Origin: an uncultured Erysipelotrichaceae bacterium
GTDB taxonomy: Bacteria > Bacillota_I > Bacilli_A > RF39 > UBA660
DNA length: 41,862 nt
Reading direction: 5' to 3'
Assembly (NCBI GenBank): GCA_902783185.1
Contig: CACZPQ010000031.1
Span: 1 to 41,862 of the forward strand
Below, one piece after another: positions 35,841 to 41,862 of the stretch (positions are counted from its first letter, which is position 1; every line of letters begins with the position of its first letter). The notes under the pieces are model-generated. The model was not told where the DNA came from. It did not search any database and saw nothing but the letters and a program-made list of their open reading frames with translations. The position numbers and the translations under genes were made by a program.

Positions 35841-36434
35841 TTATTTATTTTCTACTAATTTAGCTTCACTTTTTTGACAAGTTCCACCATTATTCTTTAC
35901 ATAGGCATCAATTACATCTAATGCTTGATAAGCATCATCGTATTTAGCAGCATCAGTAATATTTATTAAATAGCCATCTCCACCTGCTTCTTTGATTTGA
36001 CCATTGTTTTCATGATATACATATTCATAACTATAGTTATTATCATGTAAATTACATTTAATAGAAACATTCATTAATCTTCCCGCGTTATGTTCATAAA
36101 TATTTTTAAATACTATTCTTAATGCAATTAATAATATTGGTAAAACAATGATGAATACAACTATAAATTTCATTAATCTTAGTATTAATCCTGCTAGTTT
36201 TTCTGTATTAGATGTTTTTTCTACTAGAATATCTTTAATATTATTATCTGTTAATTCATCTAGACTTACTTTAAATATTTTAGATAATTCTTTTGATTGT
36301 TTTAAATCAGGTGAAGTTTCACCTAATTCCCACTTGGAAATAGTTTGCCTTGCAACTCCTACTCTTTCAGCTAATTCTTCTTGAGAAAGTCCACTTTTCT
36401 TTCTCAACTCCATAATCTTCTTTCCGATCTCCAT
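35841..36434 (-). CDS. Membrane-tethered XRE-family HTH regulator (HTH, TM helix, about 85-aa extracytoplasmic domain)
   Basis: Start moved to the ATG at 36434 ([13 protein letters not shown]) after [46 protein letters not shown] helix [20 protein letters not shown]. Confidence 0.85.
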   Translation of the reverse strand: MEIGKKIMELRKKSGLSQEELAERVGVARQTISKWELGETSPDLKQSKELSKIFKVSLDELTDNNIKDILVEKTSNTEKLAGLILRLMKFIVVFIIVLPILLIALRIVFKNIYEHNAGRLMNVSIKCNLHDNNYSYEYVYHENNGQIKEAGGDGYLINITDAAKYDDAYQALDVIDAYVKNNGGTCQKSEAKLVENK

Positions 36435-36629
36435 GATCATCCCTTCTTTCATGTACAATCATATGACATTAAGACTATTAACTCTACCAATTTTTGCTGG
36501 AATATTCGCCCGTTTTATTAACATTTTATATATATACTATTTTACCATATTTATTAAACAAAAAAAGTATCAATATGCTACTTAATTAAATAAATAAAAT
36601 ATAATAAATCGATTAAAAATATATTTTAA

Positions 36630-36659
36630 AAAAATAGAAAAAGCCCGAAAAATCGGACT
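36630..36659 (-). terminator. Intrinsic terminator downstream of tRNA-Trp
   Basis: On the minus strand: AGTCCG, loop ATTTTT, CGGGCT (one G-U pair), followed by TTTTCTATTTTTTT. Confidence 0.55.
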
Positions 36660-36669
36660 ATTTTACCTC

Positions 36670-36743
36670 TGGCAGGGGCACAAGGATTCGAACCCAGACG
36701 AACGGTTTTGGAGACCGTCATACTACCATTATATTATGCCCCT
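36670..36743 (-). tRNA. tRNA-Trp: tRNA-Trp (anticodon CCA), 3' CCA encoded
   Basis: The reverse complement reads AGGGGCATAATATAATGGTAGTATGACGGTCTCCAAAACCGTTCGTCTGGGTTCGAATCCTTGTGCCCCTGCCA. It folds by hand as a cloverleaf with a 7-bp acceptor stem, anticodon stem ACGGT/ACCGT, loop CTCCAAA and T-loop TTCGAAT (one U-U mismatch in the T stem). The acceptor ends resemble Bacillus tRNA-Trp. Confidence 0.92.
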
Positions 36744-36762
36744 AGTGGTTAACAACATAGTT

Positions 36763-36792
36763 ATTATAATATAATATATGATAAAAAAGCAA
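36763..36792 (-). promoter_or_regulatory. Candidate promoter for tRNA-Trp
   Basis: Minus strand: TTGCTT (36787-92), an 18-nt spacer, TATAAT (36763-68), 19 nt before the mature 5' end. Confidence 0.45.
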
Positions 36793-36823
36793 GTATTAGT
36801 TAAAAAGAAAAAATAGCATTATG

Positions 36824-37672
36824 CTATTTTATACTTTCTAAGTAATTATTATTAAATGTATATTTAACAACATTTAACTTTTTACTATATTTAGAAATCT
36901 TATCTTCTTTTTTATAATCAGATATTTCTTTATTATTTAATACATTATATAATTTATTATCTTTAATATATCCTTCAGTAGTGGTAATAACTACCTTATT
37001 ATCTTTTTCTTCAATATTAGTAATTTCTTTAATTATTTTAATTCCACTTGTTGATAAAGATGTACTTATAAACATATCTTTAGCTTTAATATATTTATAT
37101 TTAAATCCATTATGTTTAAAATCACTATACTCTAAAGTATCATTAAATAATTCCTTATATGCTCTACCTAATAGTTCGGCATCAAAATAACTTGAACTAT
37201 CATCAGTTATAATATAATCTTTATTAATTAATTGATATGCTAAATATTCTTTTAATTCTTTAGATAAATTGCCATTATAATAATCAGATAAATACTCACA
37301 TTTAGTATCAATATTTAAATTATCTAATAAATAAGAATATTTATTAACTAATTCATCAATTTTTACTTTATTATCATCTTTATTCTCTGGAGCAACATCA
37401 TTATTAACTGGATTTTCTTTCTTTTGAATTTTTATATCATAACTAAAGTATCCATCATTATATAAATGAATCATTCCAAACACACCTGCAGTTATTAGAC
37501 CTACTATAATGATAAATTCAATAAATATAATAATAGATTTATTTCTTAATCTTTTTTTATAATATTTAACAGCACTAGATGCTGCTTCTTTGTCTACTCT
37601 TTCTTTTATATATTTATCTATTTGATCCTTATAATCATTGATATTAAAATCGTCTTTATTTGTTTTTGCCAT
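36824..37672 (-). CDS. Bitopic membrane protein: short cytoplasmic N-terminus, TM helix, about 210-aa extracytoplasmic domain; function unknown
   Basis: 282 aa. TM helix IIIFIEFIIIVGLITAGVFGMI. A terminator hairpin lies at its 3' end (36802-36829). Confidence 0.7.
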   Translation of the reverse strand: MAKTNKDDFNINDYKDQIDKYIKERVDKEAASSAVKYYKKRLRNKSIIIFIEFIIIVGLITAGVFGMIHLYNDGYFSYDIKIQKKENPVNNDVAPENKDDNKVKIDELVNKYSYLLDNLNIDTKCEYLSDYYNGNLSKELKEYLAYQLINKDYIITDDSSSYFDAELLGRAYKELFNDTLEYSDFKHNGFKYKYIKAKDMFISTSLSTSGIKIIKEITNIEEKDNKVVITTTEGYIKDNKLYNVLNNKEISDYKKEDKISKYSKKLNVVKYTFNNNYLESIK

Positions 37673-37770
37673 ATAAAAACCTCCCTTGATAATATAATTA
37701 TAACATAATTTGAAATAATAATAAAATTATTTAAGAATATGTTATAATTTATATAATAGAGGTGGTAAAT

Positions 37771-38619
37771 GTGAAAAATTGTCCTAATTGTGGTGCATTA
37801 ATAAATGATGGTCAAACATCATGTAGTATTTGTAATACACCAATTACAAACAATAATATAAATAATACTAATAACGAACAACAAACTGTATTTGTTAATA
37901 GTATTAATAATCAAGATGATAATATTAATAAAATATATGAACCATTAAATCAAGTAGAAGAAAGTAATAATGCAACAGAAATACTTAATACAGATGATAG
38001 TAAGAAAAATATAATGACAGATATACTTAAAGAACAAAAAGAAAAAAATAATAGTATACAAAAAAAAGATGATAGTGTTAAAGCTGCAATATTATCAATA
38101 GTTGTTGTAATAATAATTATACTAATTGGTTATTTTGGAGTTAAGTTTGGGTTTAATAAAATTGATGATGGAAAAGATAAAATATTAAGTAATGTTGTTA
38201 CCCAAGCCAATAGTTATACTAACATTGTAAAGAATTATATGAAAAAATTTGATTATAAAGCTAATAGGGTAGTTTTAACTGGATACTATGCTAAGAAAAG
38301 AACATATAAATTTTTATCTATACCACTATCAGGTAAATGTATATTAAAAGAAGGAAAATGGAGTGGCTCAGATGATGATGAAATATCTTGTGAAACATTC
38401 TTTAATGATATAAATAATAATTATTGTACAAGTGTTCCTTGTGATATACCAAGTGATGCTGAAATATATCTTAAAGAAACATATGAAACAATGGAAATAG
38501 ATGGAGTAGAACAAACAATTACAACAGGAACTATTTCTGATGGTTCAACTCTTACATATGATGATATTACTTGTACATTATCTAACAATAATTATACTTG
38601 TAATTACATAGAAAAATAG
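37771..38619 (+). CDS. Zinc-ribbon, TM helix and Cys-containing ectodomain protein; function unknown
   Basis: I prefer the GTG at 37771 (MKNCPNCGA), 5 nt after SD AGAGGTGG. The ORF-track start at 37762 sits inside the SD. CPNCG...CSIC zinc ribbon. TM helix ILSIVVVIIIILIGYFGV. Six Cys in the C-terminal domain. Confidence 0.72.
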   Translation: MKNCPNCGALINDGQTSCSICNTPITNNNINNTNNEQQTVFVNSINNQDDNINKIYEPLNQVEESNNATEILNTDDSKKNIMTDILKEQKEKNNSIQKKDDSVKAAILSIVVVIIIILIGYFGVKFGFNKIDDGKDKILSNVVTQANSYTNIVKNYMKKFDYKANRVVLTGYYAKKRTYKFLSIPLSGKCILKEGKWSGSDDDEISCETFFNDINNNYCTSVPCDIPSDAEIYLKETYETMEIDGVEQTITTGTISDGSTLTYDDITCTLSNNNYTCNYIEK

Positions 38620-38639
38620 GATTATTTAATCCTATTTTA
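38616..38639. terminator. Bidirectional terminator between convergent genes
   Basis: ATAGGATTA (38616-24) / TAATCCTAT (38627-35), followed by TTTT. Confidence 0.6.
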
Positions 38640-40472
38640 TTTTGACATAATATCAACTATTAAATTACTTATTTCAGTTGGATTTTCAATAGATAAACCT
38701 TCGATTAATAAACTTTGCGCATATAATACTTTTGCATATTTTTTTAATTCTTCTTTATCTTTTTTATATAATCCTTCTAGCTTTTTAACAATTTCATGAT
38801 TTTCATTGATCTCTAGTATCTTTTCAGCTTTAATTCCTGCCTCATTTGGAATAGCATTCATTGCTTTTTCCATTTCAACTGAAACTGGACCACTAGTTGA
38901 TAAACATACTGGGTGATTTTTTAATTTATTAGTAAATCTTATATCTTTAATTTCAGGAATAGCTTCTTTCATTATATTAAACATGTCTTTAGATTTTTCA
39001 TTCTTTTTATTTAATTCTTCTACTTCTTCTTTAGAATCAAGTTCTAATGTCTCATCACAAACATTTTTAAATTCTTTATCATTATACTTTTGTAACATTT
39101 TAATAGCAAATTCATCTACATAATCAGTACAATATAATACTTCAAAGCCTCTTTCTTTAACAGCATCTACTTGAGGAAGTAAATCAACCTTATCTACACT
39201 TTCTCCACAAGCATAATAAATAATATTTTGATCCTTTTTCATCCTATCAGTATATTCTTTTAATGTAGATAATTTTTTATCTTTAGATGATACAAACATA
39301 ATTAAATCTTGTATCTTATCTTTATACATACCATAATCAGCATATACACCATATTTTAATTGCATACCAAAGCTTTCAAAAAATTTATTATAATCATCTC
39401 TTTTATTATCTCTTAATTCCTCAAGTTCTTTTAGTATTTTATTTTCAATAGAATTAGCAATAGTTTTTAAAACTCTATTTTGTTGTATTGTTTCTCTTGA
39501 TATATTAAGTGGTAAGTCTGGAGAATCAACAACACCTTTAATAAATGATAAATAATCAGGAACTAAATCAGGACATTTTTCCATTATTAATACTCCATTA
39601 GAGTATAATTGTAATCCTTTTTCATATTCTTTTGTATAAAAATCAAATGAAGCATGTGAAGGAATAAATATTAATGAATTATATTCAATAGTACCTTCAG
39701 CAGAAGTATGAATTCTTGTTATTGGTGGTTCATAGTCCATAAACTTATCTGCATAAAATGTATTATATTCTTCATCTTTAATAGATTTTTTATTTCTTTT
39801 CCAAATAGGAACTAAATCATTAATAACTTCCTCTTTAGAATCTTTAGTCATTTTAATTGGATAAGTAATATAATCACTATATTTCTTTATTAAAGATTCT
39901 AATTCATAGTTTTCTAAGAATTTTGAATAGTTTTCATCATCATTATCATCTTTTAAAGTTAATATGACATCAGTACCACTATTTTCTTTTTTAGTACTTT
40001 CAATTTGATATCCATCAACACCTTCACTTGTCCATATGTTAGCTTCATCACTACCATAAGCTTTTGATACTACCTCAACCTTTTTAGCTACCATAAAAGC
40101 CGAATAAAAACCAACACCAAATTGTCCTATAATATCAATATTCTTTTTACTTTCATTATTTTCTTTAAAATCTAAAGATCCAGATCTTGCTATAGTACCT
40201 AAATTAGTTTCTAATTCATCCTTAGTCATACCAATACCATTATCAGATATAATTAATTTTCTATTATCTTTATCAATACTAATAATAATATCTAATTTTT
40301 TAGGATCTACTTTCATACTCTTATTAGTTAATGATTCATAATGCAATTTATCTAGTGCATCACTTGCATTAGATATTATTTCTCTTAAAAATATTTCTTT
40401 ATTTGTATAAATTGAATTAATCATTAAATCCATTAATTTTTTAGATTCTGCTTTAAATTCTTTCTTTTTCAT
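38637..40472 (-). CDS. htpG: Molecular chaperone HtpG (Hsp90)
   Basis: 611 aa. EIFLRELISNASDALDK and GQFGVGFYS GHKL ATPase motifs. Full-length Hsp90 architecture. Confidence 0.95.
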   Translation of the reverse strand: MKKKEFKAESKKLMDLMINSIYTNKEIFLREIISNASDALDKLHYESLTNKSMKVDPKKLDIIISIDKDNRKLIISDNGIGMTKDELETNLGTIARSGSLDFKENNESKKNIDIIGQFGVGFYSAFMVAKKVEVVSKAYGSDEANIWTSEGVDGYQIESTKKENSGTDVILTLKDDNDDENYSKFLENYELESLIKKYSDYITYPIKMTKDSKEEVINDLVPIWKRNKKSIKDEEYNTFYADKFMDYEPPITRIHTSAEGTIEYNSLIFIPSHASFDFYTKEYEKGLQLYSNGVLIMEKCPDLVPDYLSFIKGVVDSPDLPLNISRETIQQNRVLKTIANSIENKILKELEELRDNKRDDYNKFFESFGMQLKYGVYADYGMYKDKIQDLIMFVSSKDKKLSTLKEYTDRMKKDQNIIYYACGESVDKVDLLPQVDAVKERGFEVLYCTDYVDEFAIKMLQKYNDKEFKNVCDETLELDSKEEVEELNKKNEKSKDMFNIMKEAIPEIKDIRFTNKLKNHPVCLSTSGPVSVEMEKAMNAIPNEAGIKAEKILEINENHEIVKKLEGLYKKDKEELKKYAKVLYAQSLLIEGLSIENPTEISNLIVDIMSK

Positions 40473-40513
40473 ATTTCATATCTCCATTTCTTAAAAATAC
40501 TATAATACTTAAA

Positions 40514-40545
40514 ATAGCACTTGTCAAGTTTAAGTGCTAATTATA
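40514..40545 (-). promoter_or_regulatory. CIRCE-like inverted repeat abutting a TATAAT -10 upstream of htpG
   Basis: The minus strand reads TATAAT (40540-45) and then TTAGCACTT-N9-AAGTGCTAT (40540-40514). The CIRCE consensus is TTAGCACTC-N9-GAGTGCTAA. The internal 8+8 repeat is perfect. Confidence 0.6.
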
Positions 40546-40678
40546 GACTAATTAATTATTTATTTATATTTATATTACATAAGATATAGTAGATGAGGAA
40601 CAAAAAAGTTTAATTAAAATGCTAATAATATCTATTATTAAATGGATACTCTTTTATATATTTTAAGGAGGTGATTAT

Positions 40679-41221
40679 TTGAGTAAAATAAGTAATTTAA
40701 CTTTTCATAATAAATATCATTATATAACTCAAAAATATAGTAAAAATCATAAAGCAATTGATTATGGTACATTAAGAAGGAAATTACCATTATATCCAAT
40801 TGAAAATGGAACAGTTACATATGTTGGAAAAGACTCTCATGGGGCTAAAATAGTTAAAGTATATTATCCTAGAATTAATAAAACATTTGTATATGGACAT
40901 TTAGATAAAATTGATGTTAAGAAAAATCAAAAAGTAAATGTTAATACTGTGTTAGGAACAACAGGAAAAACAGGATTAGCAACAGGAATTCATCTTCATC
41001 TAGCTATATATGATAATATAACAAGAAGATATATAAATCCAGAAGAATATAGTAAAGAATATGATAATAATGATAATTATTATGTAGTTAAAAAAGGTGA
41101 TAATTTAACTAAGATTGCTAAAAAATATAAAACTACTTGGCAAAATATATATAATAAAAATAAAGATATTATTGGTAATAATCCTAATCTTATATATCCA
41201 GGACAAATATTATACATCTAA
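40679..41221 (+). CDS. M23-family metallopeptidase with a C-terminal LysM domain
   Basis: 180 aa. TTG start after SD AAGGAGGTG. M23 motifs HKAIDYG, GHLDKI and GIHLHLAIY. LysM segment YYVVKKGDNLTKIAKKY...IYPGQILYI. Confidence 0.88.
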   Translation: MSKISNLTFHNKYHYITQKYSKNHKAIDYGTLRRKLPLYPIENGTVTYVGKDSHGAKIVKVYYPRINKTFVYGHLDKIDVKKNQKVNVNTVLGTTGKTGLATGIHLHLAIYDNITRRYINPEEYSKEYDNNDNYYVVKKGDNLTKIAKKYKTTWQNIYNKNKDIIGNNPNLIYPGQILYI

Positions 41222-41262
41222 CTTCCTTATCAAACATATTATTCCATCCTTTATTTCTTTAT

Positions 41263-41287
41263 AAGTCACTAAAAAGTGACTTTTTTT
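41263..41287 (+). terminator. Intrinsic terminator of the M23/LysM gene
   Basis: AAGTCACT (41263-70) / AGTGACTT (41275-82), followed by TTTTTT. Confidence 0.7.
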
Positions 41288-41358
41288 GTAAAGTAAATGT
41301 ACAAATTTCATTTAAAAAAAAGGAAATCAAGGATTTACCTAGAATAATAATAGTAGAG

Positions 41359-41396
41359 GGACTAATTAATTATTTATAATTATTAGTCCTTTTATT
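41359..41396 (+). terminator. Second, orphan terminator-like hairpin with no ORF between it and the previous terminator
   Basis: GGACTAAT (41359-66) / ATTAGTCC (41382-89), extended by 5 more bp after one bulge, followed by TTTTATT. Confidence 0.45.
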
Positions 41397-41442
41397 ATGA
41401 ATAAAAATGTTGGAATTTGTGATTAGAAAAGGAGGTAATACT

Positions 41443-41862
41443 ATGTCAAATAGTTTAGTAAAAAATGATATCTTTGTTAATAACAATAAAATTGGAATTA
41501 TGAGAGTAGGAAATGTTGATTATATTTCCTTAACAGATATTGCAAAATATAAAAATATGGATAATTATGCTGATATTATTAAAAATTGGTTAAGAAATAA
41601 ATCAACAATTCAATTTTTAGGTGTATGGGAAGAATTAACAAATAATAATTTCTAACTAGTCGAATTCGACCAGTTTGAAAAAAATGCTGGTTCTCACTCA
41701 TTTGTTATGTCACCACAAAAATGGATTAAAAAAACAAATGCAATTGGTATTATTTCTAAAAGTGGTAATAATGGTGGTACATATGCACATCCTGATATTG
41801 CTTTTGAATTTGCTTCATGGATTGATGTTAAATTTAAATTATATCTTATTCAGGAATTTGAA
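41443..41862 (+). pseudogene. KilA-N domain protein interrupted by one in-frame TAA (41653-41655); runs off the window end
   Basis: ATG at 41443 after SD AAAGGAGG. 70 codons (MSNSLVKNDIF...FLGVWEELTNNNF), then TAA, then 69 open codons in the same frame (LVEFDQFEKNAGSHSFVMSPQKWIKKTNAIGIISKSGNNGGTYAHPDIAFEFASWIDVKFKLYLIQEFE). The part after the stop carries the conserved KilA-N core. Confidence 0.7.

Noticed and set aside
36463-36585. 40-aa hydrophobic ORF (MTLRLLTLPIFAGIFARFINILYIYYFTIFIKQKKYQYAT) between the XRE gene and tRNA-Trp, which superficially resembles a type I toxin
   Set aside because: - There is no Shine-Dalgarno sequence upstream of the ATG.
- No obvious promoter or terminator is dedicated to it.
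- It overlaps the likely promoter and leader of the divergent XRE gene.
- Ile/Phe/Tyr/Leu-rich peptides arise easily by chance in DNA this AT-rich.
- It is worth a look only if transcript data show an RNA here.
34014-36743. Idea that the regulator and membrane-protein cluster beside tRNA-Trp is an island integrated at the tRNA 3' end
   Set aside because: No integrase or recombinase gene is present. I could find no partial direct repeat of the tRNA 3' end (TGGCAGGGGCACAAGG or its complement) elsewhere in the window.
13006-37190. Other short ORFs in the track that lie antisense inside long genes (13006-13266, 14365-14583, 15794-16129, 16470-16724, 16972-17154, 17024-17281, 17857-18078, 24393-24728, 26788-27003, 31187-31588, 32073-32273, 34781-35041, 36148-36384, 36981-37190)
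   Set aside because: Each is fully embedded in a longer ORF with recognisable motifs or membrane topology on the opposite strand. None has a Shine-Dalgarno site, and all translate to low-complexity Ile/Leu/Ser/Phe-rich strings typical of shadow ORFs.
19115-41655. Stop-codon reassignment (TAA as sense) as an explanation for the two in-frame TAA codons
   Set aside because: TAA terminates most well-defined genes in this window at positions that match the expected protein C-termini, including typA, htpG, ldh and the ABC ATPases. Terminators follow those stops. Pseudogenisation or a sequence error is more parsimonious.
1-41862. CRISPR arrays, rRNA genes, transposases or IS elements, integrases, and long direct or inverted repeats
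   Set aside because: I scanned intergenic regions by eye. Only short terminator or operator palindromes were found, with no regularly spaced repeats and no transposase- or integrase-like ORFs. A computational repeat search could still reveal dispersed repeats I missed.

Overview
Very AT-rich window (about a quarter G+C by eye, not computed). It uses the standard bacterial code: TGA and TAA both terminate genes, and the single tRNA-Trp has a CCA anticodon. Shine-Dalgarno sites are strong, and nearly every transcription unit ends in a hairpin plus T-run terminator. This fits a low-GC Bacillota-type chromosome (Erysipelotrichia/Clostridia-like), though the taxon cannot be determined from the sequence. 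Most of the window is housekeeping or envelope genes: typA/bipA, ldh, a P-type ATPase, a VanY-type carboxypeptidase, a PPi-type phosphofructokinase, htpG, an M23/LysM peptidase, and an ATP-grasp + GT4 pair. There are also three TetR-associated export modules (two MacB/FtsX-type ABC systems and one MMPL transporter), two membrane-anchored secreted hydrolase-like proteins, and several small XRE regulators. The best candidate for an undescribed system is a self-contained, translationally coupled five-gene operon on the minus strand (2082-6442). It has its own extended -10 promoter and terminator. It encodes a 613-aa orphan protein, a small 3-TM protein, a 431-aa Gly/Ala/Ser-rich protein with glycine-zipper-like segments, a DUF4176-like small protein, and a 141-aa orphan. 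I read it as a possible orphan toxin/effector-immunity cassette of the type VII-associated kind, but this is inference only. Other notable points are two conserved genes each interrupted by one in-frame TAA (a DUF6512-like membrane protein and a KilA-N protein), and an MMPL ORF that runs without a stop into a second module carrying its own SD, ATG and signal peptide. There are also three TGACT-N3-AGTCA operators in the TetR/MMPL divergent region, a CIRCE-like element in front of htpG, and a compact promoter-SD-terminator unit for a 36-aa basic peptide. No CRISPR array, rRNA, transposase or integrase was seen.
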